Under the pieces are notes generated by a model that did not search any database, had not been told where the DNA came from, and saw only the letters and a program-made list of their open reading frames with translations. A stretch of 63,652 nt of DNA, counting the filler, from Lama guanicoe (Eukaryota): assembly GCA_013239625.1 (NCBI GenBank). It is 136 parts of 136 records of this genome, joined end to end, with 100 filler letters (N's around TTAATTAATTAA, not from the genome) between each part and the next. Parts side by side here need not be neighbours in the genome. Positions count along the whole stretch, not along the records: positions 38,403 to 38,771 come from PNXV01058470.1; positions 38,872 to 39,240 come from PNXV01058471.1; positions 39,341 to 39,709 come from PNXV01058472.1; positions 39,810 to 40,178 come from PNXV01058473.1; positions 40,279 to 40,647 come from PNXV01058474.1; positions 40,748 to 41,116 come from PNXV01058475.1; positions 41,217 to 41,585 come from PNXV01058476.1; positions 41,686 to 42,054 come from PNXV01058477.1; 128 more parts are not named here. The stretch is one strand, 5' to 3'. The first letter of the stretch is position 1. Every line of letters starts with the position of its first letter. This document shows positions 38,611-51,439 of this stretch, piece by piece. The translations under genes and the position numbers were made by a program.

Positions 38611-39529
38611 CCAGAATCACGTGTCATGTTTTCACTGGTATGAATGAGTTCTAACCTCTCATGTAAACCTTGTCATCTTAGAAAGTCAATCATTTCCAAG
38701 AACCTTGCCATCTGATAATCATAGGACACCTGGACCACTGCACAGAAGCGCCCAGCAGAGACTCCTCAGCGNNNNNNNNNNNNNNNNNNNNNNNNNNNNN
38801 NNNNNNNNNNNNNNNTTAATTAATTAANNNNNNNNNNNNNNNNNNNNNNNNNNNNNNNNNNNNNNNNNNNNGGCAGAAGCAGTGGGATTTGACTGTTGAG
38901 TTAGGCAGCTCAGGAACTAAATTCACAGACTCTAAGCCTCTGATGGATGGTAATTTTATGTGTGGTCCAGGCATCTTGCTAGACAGGAGCTGATCAGAAA
39001 GCTGGTCCATGGTTCCCAAAGGTGGGCTAATGTCCACAGCTCTGGCAGATAGATGGCTGACTGGAACACTAACATGTCTTCCAACCTCTTCCTGGTGTGC
39101 CTTTCTCTTTTCTACTACAGAGGCTAGGAAGCTGAAAAGTATTTATCCAGACTTCCCTGCACTAAAATAAATAGATGTATTCATGTGGGTCTTGAATTTG
39201 GAACTAAATTCTGAAGGAGGGCAGTGACAGCATGTGAGGCNNNNNNNNNNNNNNNNNNNNNNNNNNNNNNNNNNNNNNNNNNNNTTAATTAATTAANNNN
39301 NNNNNNNNNNNNNNNNNNNNNNNNNNNNNNNNNNNNNNNNATATAGTTCTCTGTGCTTTACAGTAGGACCTTGTTGTTTATCTATTTTACATATAGTAGC
39401 ATAAACCAACAGAGCTTAATACACGTTACAATTAAGGTGACAGAATATGGAATAGTGAAATCAACGGTAAGCTTAAAAACAGCCATGGGTCTAGTAGAAA
39501 CTCTGTAAAGGAATTCAGGCTATAATTTT

Positions 39530-39642
39530 CAGATAAAATACAGGATAACAGTTAAACTGAATTTTAGACAGATGAATAGTTTTCAGTCTCAGTATGTCCC
39601 CAGCACCATGCCCTGTACTTCATCTGCGAATCCTGGCCATCT
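39530..39642 (+). mobile_element. MER53-like hAT DNA-transposon relic
   Basis: cagataaaatacagga..cagttaaactgaatttt...agtatgtccc...atcctggccatct. Confidence 0.6.
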
Positions 39643-40278
39643 GATGTGCGGCCAGGATAGGTGCGAAGTGCTAGTAGGAACCAGCCACACCTTTGCAGCC
39701 AGTGAGCTGNNNNNNNNNNNNNNNNNNNNNNNNNNNNNNNNNNNNNNNNNNNNTTAATTAATTAANNNNNNNNNNNNNNNNNNNNNNNNNNNNNNNNNNN
39801 NNNNNNNNNTGTTGTACAAAGGAACTGAGCAGGGATGATCTTTGCTCATTCTTGATCAGTCATAATAATGACCTTGCAAGCATTATTGGTGCTTTTAGAA
39901 AATAATGCTTCCAACATGGTCTTTTGTTTTGGATCATATTCAAAGCTCCTAATATTTGCTCACTGCCTTTCAATAATATGAAAATATGTCTTTTCTGTAG
40001 AAAATACACTGATTAAAAACAAGGGAACACATTATCATATCTAAATATATTTGTTCTTCTAAATTCAAGGAAATTTTAATGAATATTTAGCACTATCCAT
40101 CTGGGAGTAAACTATTAGATTTCAATTATCTTTTTTTAACATTTTTTATTGAGTTATAATCATTTTACAATGTTGTGTNNNNNNNNNNNNNNNNNNNNNN
40201 NNNNNNNNNNNNNNNNNNNNNNTTAATTAATTAANNNNNNNNNNNNNNNNNNNNNNNNNNNNNNNNNNNNNNNNNNNN

Positions 40279-40647
40279 GCTCTGTTTCCTGTGCTTAGTC
40301 ATGCTGGCTCTGCACCTTTTGTAAAAGGATGTTGCCTATGCCTGAAATAAACAAAGTAGCCCATTCTCAAAGCTCTGACCTTTAAGAGTTTAACATTTTC
40401 CCATTCATAGAAAGATAAAAAGTTGTAGGATAGAAAATAACACTTGTCTTGTTGTAGCTTTACACGGAGGGGCACCATGACCTGACCTATGTGGAAAGCT
40501 ACAAGAACAAAGGATTCTGACATCAAGAAGTTTGCAACAACCAACATCCCCCCTCCCCATCTTAGTATAAAAGGAGCCTGAATTCTGGCTTGGGGAAGAC
40601 GGTTCTCCAGGACATTAGTCTGCCATCTTCTCAGTCTGCCAGCTTTC
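40279..40647 (+). mobile_element. ERV1 LTR (MER41-like), U3-R region with TATA box
   Basis: gcccattctcaaagctctgacctttaag...agtataaaaggagcctgaattct...ctccaggacattagtctgccatcttctcagtctgccagctttc. Confidence 0.75.
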
Positions 40648-41685
40648 NNNNNNNNNNNNNNNNNNNNNNNNNNNNNNNNNNNNNNNNNNNNTTAATTAAT
40701 TAANNNNNNNNNNNNNNNNNNNNNNNNNNNNNNNNNNNNNNNNNNNNTGTCGCTGGTCATCACCATCTGTTTGTCTATGTTGTTCGTGTTGCCTTCTAGA
40801 CCCGTCAAAAATTTTGTCAGCCCTCCCAGATTTATTAGCTGGATCTGTGTTCTTTAAAGAAAACTTTCTTAAGAAGTCAGGTCACTATAATGTAGTTCAC
40901 ATAGAAAGGCAGAATAGTGGCTGGTTTTTGTTTGCTTGCTTGCTTGCCTTATCAATTTTCAGAATGGTGAATTGGTGCCTTGGTACTTGTAAAAGTGACC
41001 AAGAACGTTGTTTTGTCTATTATCGTTACGATGAATTTATTGGCTATTATGGATTTGATGTATTTTAGCCGTTTTCCCCCTTGATCATGTGGGAACCCAC
41101 TGATCTTTTTTTTTTTNNNNNNNNNNNNNNNNNNNNNNNNNNNNNNNNNNNNNNNNNNNNTTAATTAATTAANNNNNNNNNNNNNNNNNNNNNNNNNNNN
41201 NNNNNNNNNNNNNNNNCTGTTAGGATGATGTTGCCCAAGGAGAGGCCTCAGGTAAGGGGACCCCAGAAGGGAAGACACCTTCTTCACAACAGACCCTAAC
41301 GGAATTTGAAATCCTTGCTAACAGGCACCCACATTCTAGCAACAGCCTCATTCCCAGCTCACAGGGCCAGAGACACCGCATAGTGAAAGGGTTTCTCCTG
41401 CTGCGTCACAAATTCCCAGGGCTCTGGCTTCGGGGAACCCTGGAGTGAAAGGCTTTCCAGAGGCTGCAGAGCTGCAGACGTTCACTCAACCCTCACCCAC
41501 GACGCCTCTGGTCATTTCCCTGGAGGTCCCCTGGGGTAACAAAGGGTGGCCTAGGGCACTTCTGGGAACATTCCCTGGGTCCCCTNNNNNNNNNNNNNNN
41601 NNNNNNNNNNNNNNNNNNNNNNNNNNNNNTTAATTAATTAANNNNNNNNNNNNNNNNNNNNNNNNNNNNNNNNNNNNNNNNNNNN

Positions 41686-41949
41686 GTGGGCCCAGCCTCA
41701 TCACTGGAAGCCTTGGAAGCGGAGAACCTTCTCCAGCTGGAAGCGGGAGCAATGGCAGGAGGGGCGTTCCGAGAGGACTCGGCTGCCGCTGCTGCTGTGA
41801 AGGTGAAGGATGCTGTAACGGGGATGCTGAGGTCTCGAGAACCCGGCCATGACCCAGCCAACGGCCAAGAAGCAGAGGGGATCCTGGTCCGCGGCCACGT
41901 GAACTGCCAGCCGCTGACAGAGCAGGGTGGACTCTCCCAGAGCCTCCAG
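41686..41949 (+). CDS. Candidate coding exon (3' part) of an unidentified gene
   Basis: 88 open codons ending exactly at a strong phase-0 donor CAG/GTGAGT (GT at 41950-41951); both other forward frames contain stops. Protein not recognised. Confidence 0.4.
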
Positions 41950-42154
41950 GTGAGTGCCCGGCCCAGTACAGCTTTGCTGTTGGCCTCGGGACACCGGTCG
42001 CTTCCAGCTGTTGAGCTGGTGTCGTTCCGCACGAGAGCGACACGACGGCCGTCCNNNNNNNNNNNNNNNNNNNNNNNNNNNNNNNNNNNNNNNNNNNNTT
42101 AATTAATTAANNNNNNNNNNNNNNNNNNNNNNNNNNNNNNNNNNNNNNNNNNNN

Positions 42155-42410
42155 ATCTCATTGTGGTTTTGATTTGCATTTTCCTAATGATTAGTGATGT
42201 TGAACAACCTTTCATGTACCTGACAGGCATTTTTATGTCTTCTTTGGAGAACTATCTATTCAGGCCCTCTACCCATTTTTCAATGAGATTGTTTCTTTGT
42301 TTCTTGTTTTTATTGAGTTATATGAGTTCTTTATATATTTTAGATACTAACCCCTTATCAGATTTATGATTTGAAAATATTTTCTCCCACTCAGTATATT
42401 GCTTTTTCAT
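42155..42410 (-). mobile_element. LINE-1 ORF2 3' fragment
   Basis: atctcattgtggttttgatttgcattttcctaatgattagtgatgttgaaca...gatactaaccccttatcagat. Confidence 0.92.
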
Positions 42411-42439
42411 TTTTTAATAATATTTATCTTATTTAAAAC

Positions 42440-42523
42440 TTTTTTTGTTTATTTTGGGGGAAGAGGCAATTAGGTTTATTTATTTTAATGGAGGTACTGG
42501 AGATTGAACCCAGGACCTCATGC
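42440..42523 (-). mobile_element. tRNA-derived SINE, 3' half
   Basis: aattaggtttatttattttaatggaggtactggagattgaacccaggacctcatgc. Confidence 0.88.
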
Positions 42524-45500
42524 NNNNNNNNNNNNNNNNNNNNNNNNNNNNNNNNNNNNNNNNNNNNTTAATTAATTAANNNNNNNNNNNNNNNNNNNNN
42601 NNNNNNNNNNNNNNNNNNNNNNNCCAGCCCCGGAGGACTGAGCATGCGCAGCGCGCTTGCCGCCCTCGCTGCTGTCTGCGAGTCCCTGGAGGCGCTTAGA
42701 GGAGAGCACTTGCCACTATGACTTGGGGGGCATCTCCGAGGAGCCAAGGATTTTTTTGGAAAAAATTAGATAAAGTAAATTAATTTAATTAAATACAGGC
42801 TCTATTTGAATTTTCCCAGCTTTTCGACTAACGTCATTTTTCTGTTGCAGGATGCAATTCGAGTGATAACTTGACAAGGAATTGGCATGTCTACTTGGTC
42901 TCGGTCAACCTGTGTCTCACCCTGTCTCCCCTTGTCTTTTATGACCTTGAAAGGACAAATAATTGAGGTTAAATTTTTCAGGGTTTTTTTTTNNNNNNNN
43001 NNNNNNNNNNNNNNNNNNNNNNNNNNNNNNNNNNNNTTAATTAATTAANNNNNNNNNNNNNNNNNNNNNNNNNNNNNNNNNNNNNNNNNNNNAAAAAGGA
43101 GCAGGAATAGAGAAAATGAATGAATAATCTTGGTGACTTTTACAACAACTAAGGTGGAAGAGCATGGTGGCATCAACTGAGATGGCTACGGTGGAGATGG
43201 TTTAATGAAGTCAAATTCTAAATTAACTTTAAAGATCTAGACAACAGGGTTTGATGAAGAGTCAACAGAACATACTGAGGTATGAAAGGAAGAGCATGAG
43301 GAGCAACATACCATAGTGTAATCCCAAGATAGACTATTAAAAAGCAACACAAAATGGTATATGCCTAAAAGGCCAATAGAAGAATTAAGTAGAAAACTGA
43401 AAATCAAAGGGAGAAATAGGAAAATACACAATCACAGCTGAAAATTTTAATGTCCATCTCCNNNNNNNNNNNNNNNNNNNNNNNNNNNNNNNNNNNNNNN
43501 NNNNNTTAATTAATTAANNNNNNNNNNNNNNNNNNNNNNNNNNNNNNNNNNNNNNNNNNNNATCCCCTGATCTTTCTCTAGCCTATTATCTGAGTTAATC
43601 ACTGCTAATAGTTTACAGTGTCTCTATATGTTTCTGTAGATCAAAATTCTTACATGTGTAGTTGCACATTTAGTTTGTAGATTTTTCCTCTGTTTTTATT
43701 ACACAGAAATTGTATCATTATGATCATATGTTTCTAAAAACTTATTCTTTTTGAATTTAATGTCTTGTTTGGAATATAATTTGATTTATTCTTATCCTTA
43801 CTCATGATGACTTCAATATACATCGTCATATTCAAACTCTTGTCCAATCAGCGGTCCTTCTAAGTGCTAAAGTTTACATCAAGAGATAGTTGTATATATC
43901 AGTCTTTTTCCTCCTGGCTATGAGTGTTGTNNNNNNNNNNNNNNNNNNNNNNNNNNNNNNNNNNNNNNNNNNNNTTAATTAATTAANNNNNNNNNNNNNN
44001 NNNNNNNNNNNNNNNNNNNNNNNNNNNNNNCTCATCTTGTGATAAATAATAACTATTTTCTGAACACCCTTTATCATCCCAAACTTTATCCTTCCATTTA
44101 TTAATTTATTGGAAATTCAGTTAACTTAAGAGTTCATTATAAACAGTGGAGGGATAAGTAAAAGTCTGAACACTCAAGAAATACATTCTTTACTATGAAT
44201 GATAATCAAATAACTCAAGTATATATTATAGGGGTTTATATGTAGTGATAAGCAATATAGAAATGTGTTTTGGATGCAAGAGAAAAAGTTGCATCTGATA
44301 AAAATTTATTATTGGAATTCAACAATCAAGAAGACTACAGAGCAGGGATAATGGCTATGCTAAGATTTGAAAAGTAATTGCAATTACTGGGTAAATGAAN
44401 NNNNNNNNNNNNNNNNNNNNNNNNNNNNNNNNNNNNNNNNNNNTTAATTAATTAANNNNNNNNNNNNNNNNNNNNNNNNNNNNNNNNNNNNNNNNNNNNC
44501 CAGACGGCGAGCCTAGACAAAGAACTCCTGATAGGTTGTTCTTACCTGTTTTTTCCAAAAATAAAAGGAAACACTTGCATTCTTAATGTTTTTAATGTTT
44601 TAAATTACAGTGTTCTAAAAACAAATTTACTTTTTAAAAAAATCCCCCATATGTTTTTGAGGGAGATTAAGAGAGATTTCAGTGTTTCAAGAAAAATGTT
44701 TAATGGTTAAGGAGCAATCATAATGCTCCCCTATGATTACTGAAATAGCATGACCTGATTCAGCTCACAGGGGGTTATTTTTCCATCGTGTCCTGCTGTA
44801 CAAAGGGAGGATTGTCTGTCTATGAGACACACTTTCATTCAAAGACTATGGAAACATGTAAAAACAATNNNNNNNNNNNNNNNNNNNNNNNNNNNNNNNN
44901 NNNNNNNNNNNNTTAATTAATTAANNNNNNNNNNNNNNNNNNNNNNNNNNNNNNNNNNNNNNNNNNNNTTTCTGTGCTTTAATAACACAGTTCAAAAGAA
45001 ATTGCCTTTCAAACTAGGCTTTTAAAGTCAATAAATAATTATTTAATATTTAGTTTTTAATAGCATTTTATCTAATTACAAAACTTAACGTATTGTTAGG
45101 ATCTATAATGATTTATAGTTAAACTTTATCCTTGGAATTGAGGCAGAAATCCTTCCTGAATATTGTTTACTTCTTCCATTCTTATAACTTCCTCACATGA
45201 TAGTAAAGAAGGTGATATCAAATATTAAATCATGTGATGAAACAGTTGAAATTGTAAATAACATAGCAGTGATGGCCACCAAGTTAGTCTCATGTAAGGA
45301 ACAGTCATTCCCAGTGGTCCAAAATTTGCAGTTTCAAANNNNNNNNNNNNNNNNNNNNNNNNNNNNNNNNNNNNNNNNNNNNTTAATTAATTAANNNNNN
45401 NNNNNNNNNNNNNNNNNNNNNNNNNNNNNNNNNNNNNNAGCACTAAGAAGGCAATTATGATCGAAATGACAAAGTCCCCTTATGGACTGAAAAGTTTTCT

Positions 45501-46848
45501 TGTGACTAACTTCCCGAAGAATTGGCAAAAGTGCTGCCTGTCATTTCATGTCTCTGGCCCAGCCAGTCATCCTTCCAATTTAAGCGGGACAACCTGCACC
45601 CTCAGGTGGCAGGAGCCTGGAGGAACATTCCCACTGGTTACAAGCTCTCAGGACACAAAAAAGGATGTAAGGAGGTTGGGGCCAAATGACATCCTTCAAA
45701 GTCCAGGGACCCCTGTTTCTGGGCTCTCAGATGTCTGCCTGTGACCCCCCAACACAGAAAGTACCTTCTTTACTGGGCATGTTTGCCCCAACAAACTAAT
45801 AGCCCTGGNNNNNNNNNNNNNNNNNNNNNNNNNNNNNNNNNNNNNNNNNNNNTTAATTAATTAANNNNNNNNNNNNNNNNNNNNNNNNNNNNNNNNNNNN
45901 NNNNNNNNCCAAGGCAGGAACACGCAGGGGCTTTCTCAGACTTTCTCAGAGAGATCACACCTGTGGCCAAGGGTCTGTAAGCACACATTTTATAGTGCTA
46001 TGCTAACTCAATCAAGCTTATAATTTTTTCACTGAAAGATATTAAAGAGCAGCATGATAAGACTTGCTTTGAAAAATTATACTTCAAGGCCCACTTTTGA
46101 TTTATTTTGTTTTAACATATATTATCTGCAACAAAAGTAACTCCATATTCCCACTAGGCATTTTCCACTGTCCCACCTCATTGGGAATAAGACCCTGGAA
46201 CAAGCAGGGCTCCTCTCGCAGTGCCCGGTGGGGACGGCCTGGGTCACTTCAGGACTCCTGCATCAGTGCCGGGCTGCCNNNNNNNNNNNNNNNNNNNNNN
46301 NNNNNNNNNNNNNNNNNNNNNNTTAATTAATTAANNNNNNNNNNNNNNNNNNNNNNNNNNNNNNNNNNNNNNNNNNNNTGTCCTATTTATTGGTCATACA
46401 CAATATACCAAGTATTTTGGAGGTCACCCTGGGGCAGTGATGAGCCGAATACACATGACCCTTGTCCTCATGGAGTTTGAAGCACAGAGAGACAGAGTGA
46501 GACAGAAAGATCAGATAATCACACAGATTCATCAGTGTGCCTTAACTCTGCAAGGGGTGGCTTCTAAGTGTTGATTACTAAGTGTAAATTCTGGGGATGC
46601 AGCAATGAACAAGAGACACAATATCCTATTCTCAAGGGATCCACATTGTAATGGGATAGGTAGAAAATACATACATTTGATAGAGAATAAATAAGTACAG
46701 TAAAGAAACTGAATCAAAATTAGAGGAAAGAGAAGATAGGGGAGGGCANNNNNNNNNNNNNNNNNNNNNNNNNNNNNNNNNNNNNNNNNNNNTTAATTAA
46801 TTAANNNNNNNNNNNNNNNNNNNNNNNNNNNNNNNNNNNNNNNNNNNN

Positions 46849-47218
46849 CTGTTTTCTGGTTTCTCTACATCACTGTTGTTTCTTTTTCTTTGTGTTTCTG
46901 TCTGCCAGCTTGGTTTGGTAGCTTCCTATGATATTTTTCTCAGTTTCCTCTGTTTTTCTGTTTCATGTCTCTGCTCTAGATTTATGTTCTGTGATTACTA
47001 TGAGGTTTGTATAAAATGTCTCATAGATAAGCCAGTCCTTTTTCTGCTGACAGCATCTTATCTTCATTTACCTGTAAGGCTTCTGTCCTTTTCCTCTTCG
47101 CCTTTTGTGTTTTTGGCTCAAATTATCTCCTTTCATGTTGTAAGTCTGATGCCAACTGAAGTAGCTATAATTTTTTTTCTTCTCTTTCTACCCTTTAATC
47201 TTTATGCTATAATAAAGC
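46849..47218 (-). mobile_element. Old L1 inter-ORF/ORF1-end region
   Basis: T-rich antisense old-L1-like sequence (ctgctctagatttatgttctgtgattactatgaggtttgtataaaa...). Confidence 0.55.
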
Positions 47219-49849
47219 NNNNNNNNNNNNNNNNNNNNNNNNNNNNNNNNNNNNNNNNNNNNTTAATTAATTAANNNNNNNNNNNNNNNNNNNNNNNNNN
47301 NNNNNNNNNNNNNNNNNNACAGCCAGGGCTGCTAACGCCGCAAGGGAACCCAACATAGCTGCCAGGGTTCTGTGAACGATCTGGAAAGAAACACAGAAAA
47401 TTACTGCATTCTAATCCACAGGGGTTCAAAACACACAGAAGCCGGTTTTGGTATAAGTATCTGTCAAGACTGGCCATCCTATACCATCTCTACTGGGACA
47501 ATAAACAAATCATGGGTTTGTCTGTTTTACAGTGTGGACGCCCTAGAGACAGACATAACCACCACCAGTCTGCCTTCTAAAGAAAGCTGCTTTCTAGATA
47601 AAAAAATGAATTTCTTCTGTATAGCACCAGGAACTATACTCAGTATCTTGTAATAACCTTTAATGAAAAAGAGTATGAAAATGAATANNNNNNNNNNNNN
47701 NNNNNNNNNNNNNNNNNNNNNNNNNNNNNNNTTAATTAATTAANNNNNNNNNNNNNNNNNNNNNNNNNNNNNNNNNNNNNNNNNNNNTCGAGTCTTTGCA
47801 GAAGGGGAGATGGCACTCCAGGGCCTTGCGATGCCTGAGGAAATCTGACTTGGGACATTGTGACATCTGTCTAGCTTCCCAGCACACACATCTGATGGAC
47901 TGTGTCATTTCCCTGTCCTGACCTGGGAAGCAGGTGTCTCTTGTATAGAACAAAAGAGACTTTTGACAGAATATCAAATGAATTTGAAGTCCCAGTTTGG
48001 CAGATGTGCCTCTTGCATGGACCATGTGATGTGCTCTGTGAGGGGTGAAGCACACCCCTAACTTCAGGGGCTCATGGGGTTGCCTCGAGGGGTGAGGGAG
48101 GGAGCGAGTGAGGGAGAGAGACATTCACAACAGACAGCTTGTCACCATAGCAGATGNNNNNNNNNNNNNNNNNNNNNNNNNNNNNNNNNNNNNNNNNNNN
48201 TTAATTAATTAANNNNNNNNNNNNNNNNNNNNNNNNNNNNNNNNNNNNNNNNNNNNCCTGCGAGAGAGGAAAGGAATATTCCTGTCTGTGGGTTGGTCAA
48301 CTGGGTGTATTCATCTTAGAGGACCCCCTGGAGGACTTAAAGAAGGTTAGCTGCTCCTTGACTGTTTTCAAATCCGACTTTTAAAATCCCTGGTTGAATT
48401 CCCAGCAATCTACTTTTCCTGACGGTAACCATTAAAGCATGTTTAAGTGAACATGAAATTCCATCAGGATAAAGCTCCGTGAAGCCCAGTCCACTGGCCC
48501 CATCACCAAAGCCGCTAATAAGGCCCTATTGTGTTACTGTGGTAGTCTGGGTTATCATTATGAAGTCTTTGCTTCTGGTTGAGAAAACATGACATTCCAT
48601 TAAATGTATAATCTGGGTTTTTTTTTNNNNNNNNNNNNNNNNNNNNNNNNNNNNNNNNNNNNNNNNNNNNTTAATTAATTAANNNNNNNNNNNNNNNNNN
48701 NNNNNNNNNNNNNNNNNNNNNNNNNNGAGGTCATACAACAAATAGTGAATCTGTGGTTTAAAGGAGGCTGTATCTGATTTCATAGTTTGTGTTTTTAATG
48801 GAGCATAGGATATACTGCCTTCTAAAAGCTTTTATTCTTCCTGTGAGACAACAAAAGTAACTATGACAAAAGTAAAGCATCATTTTATGATGCTTTGTAT
48901 CATTGTTAAAGATATCTTTTGAATCATTTTTATGGGCGTTAGGTGAAAAATAACCTTCTAATATTCTTCATAGTCACACAGTATCCTATTTACTGTGTAT
49001 TTGGGTTGATGTTTTTGGTCTACTTTTCATTTCAAAAAATGATAAATATGGCCTTTAGAAGAAAGGGAATATTATGAAAACAAATGACGTGCATATNNNN
49101 NNNNNNNNNNNNNNNNNNNNNNNNNNNNNNNNNNNNNNNNTTAATTAATTAANNNNNNNNNNNNNNNNNNNNNNNNNNNNNNNNNNNNNNNNNNNNAAAA
49201 AAAAAAAGAAAAACAAAAGAATAGGGCTATCTGGGATACAAGAAAATGTTTTTATGGGTCTCCAGAGGGCCCTTGCAAGAGTGCATGCAGGGAGAGAGAA
49301 GTCCGAACTGTTGGAAACCCAAGAGCAATTTGGAAAAAAGAAAAACAGTTTCTGAAAAGAAGGCAGACAAAACTCATGGAATCCTTCCTGTGTGACAGGC
49401 ATTTTGAAGTGAACATCAGTTTTGTTTTTCATCTCTTGGTGTATTTAATGCTGATTTAACTCTGCATTTACTTTTTTTTTTTTCCAGATGGTTTTCTGTC
49501 TTTTTTTTTTTACATTTTTTTTATTGAGTGATAGTCATTTTACAATGTTGTGTCAAATTCCAGNNNNNNNNNNNNNNNNNNNNNNNNNNNNNNNNNNNNN
49601 NNNNNNNTTAATTAATTAANNNNNNNNNNNNNNNNNNNNNNNNNNNNNNNNNNNNNNNNNNNNCCCTAGAAAGGGCAGGTGGAATCATGCCAGGTGACGG
49701 TGAGGAAAACAAGGCTTTAAAGCCCCAAGTACCCGGGTACCTTTTTCAGCGTCAGGGTCCCCCCTGCCCCAATCTTCCCGCCCTCGGTACCCGCACTGGC
49801 CCTGCAGGTCAGGGTCAGGACGCGCCCAGGCACCTTCGCCCGCTCCTAC

Positions 49850-50032
49850 CCGCTGAACCGACAGGTGCCCCTTCTGTAAGTCCAGATGAAAGAGGTGTCC
49901 CACGAAGGGCAGGCGCGGGGGCCCAGGAGGGTAGTTCTTTGCGCGCCGCCTTTTGAGGAAATCAGCGAAGAAGAGAAATACGACGGCACCCAGCAGGAGA
50001 GTGCGGAGACGGAGCAGCCCCCAGAGGGCCGC
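49850..50032 (-). CDS. CYP2J: Cytochrome P450 family 2 subfamily J, exon 1 (5'-truncated, about codons 10-70)
   Basis: AALWGLLRLRTLLLGAVVFLFFADFLKRRRAKNYPPGPPRLPFVGHLFHLDLQKGHLSVQR then GTAGGA. Contains the membrane anchor, basic stop-transfer and PPGP hinge, and is colinear with CYP2J2 (AALWAVVHPRTLLLG...DFLKRRRPKNYPPGP...VQL). Phase-0 donor at the expected position. Paralog not determinable. Confidence 0.93.
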
Positions 50033-50603
50033 CNNNNNNNNNNNNNNNNNNNNNNNNNNNNNNNNNNNNNNNNNNNNTTAATTAATTAANNNNNNNNNNN
50101 NNNNNNNNNNNNNNNNNNNNNNNNNNNNNNNNNAAGATTGTTTTCAAGAGTTGGTTCCAAAAGTGCTTGAAAATGTGGCCACCTGTACACATTTATTTTG
50201 CTCACAGAAAATATGATAAACCATATGTTTTATTGCATGTTGATGTTTTTGTGATTTCGCTGTAGATAAAATCCATAGAGCATGATTATTCACAGTGTAG
50301 CCCTAAATATTAGTGAAACTACAAATAAGTGAGGCCGCTAGTAGTTCATAAAGGAGAATTCGAGTAAGTTGACTTTAAATGAAGTCTGTCCTGGAGCCAA
50401 ATTTCATTTACTTTTGTAAAGGAAATTTTTTCAGGAATTTAATTCAAAAAGGCAAAAATACCTCGGATTGTTAAAATATCTTGTATTTATGCATTTATAC
50501 TTTNNNNNNNNNNNNNNNNNNNNNNNNNNNNNNNNNNNNNNNNNNNNTTAATTAATTAANNNNNNNNNNNNNNNNNNNNNNNNNNNNNNNNNNNNNNNNN
50601 NNN

Positions 50604-50972
50604 TAACTGAATAAGAATATACTGAATAAGAATATATGTATGTAACTGAATAAGAATATATATATAACTCAGGATATATATAAAAATAACATATACATAT
50701 AACTAGATAAGAATATATATAACTGAATAAGAATATATGTATAACTGAATAACATATATAACTGAATAAGAATATATATATGAGTAAGAATATACATATG
50801 TAACTGAATAAGTATATATAACTGAATAAGAATATATAACTGAATAAGAATATATATATAACTGAATAAGAACATATATATAACTGAATAAGAATATACA
50901 CAACTGAATAATATATATATATGTATATAACTGAATCACTTTGCTGTACACCAGAAACTATCACAACACTGT
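50604..50972 (+). repeat. AT-rich minisatellite (taactgaataagaata(ta)n, ~20-26 bp, ~14 copies) merging into an L1 3' end
   Basis: Repeated taactgaataagaatat units end in tataactgaatcactttgctgtacaccagaaact, the L1 3'UTR terminus. Confidence 0.9.
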
Positions 50973-51072
50973 NNNNNNNNNNNNNNNNNNNNNNNNNNNN
51001 NNNNNNNNNNNNNNNNTTAATTAATTAANNNNNNNNNNNNNNNNNNNNNNNNNNNNNNNNNNNNNNNNNNNN

Positions 51073-51439
51073 TGCTTGTTTAGGTCTTCTGCCCATTTTT
51101 GGATTGGCTTGTTTGTTTTTTGGTTATTAAGTTGTATGATCTGTTTGTATGTTCTGGAAATTGAGCCCTTGTCAGTTGCGTCGTACGAAAATACGTTCTC
51201 CCATTCCGTAGGCTGTCTTTTCGTTTTGTTTTTAGTTTCCTTTGCTGTGCAAAAGCTTATAAGCTTAATTGGGTCCTATCTGTTTATTCTTGCTTTTATT
51301 TCTATTGCCTGGGTAGATGGCCCGAGGAGAACACTGCTGAGATCTGTGTCAGAGAATGTTTTGCTGTGCTTTCTTCTGGGAGGTTTACAGTGTCTTGTCT
51401 TACGTTTAAGTCTTCAAGCCATTTTGAGTTTATTTTTGT
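51073..51439 (-). mobile_element. Relatively young LINE-1 ORF2 fragment
   Basis: tttaggtcttctgcccatttttggattgg...tcctttgctgtgcaaaagctt...tcagagaatgttttg; several CpGs retained. Confidence 0.92.

Noticed and set aside
38428..38643. Arg/Gly/Glu-rich ORF
   Set aside because: Translation of the polypurine microsatellite.
50548..50964. Tyr/Ile/Ser-rich repetitive ORFs
   Set aside because: Translation of the AT-rich minisatellite.
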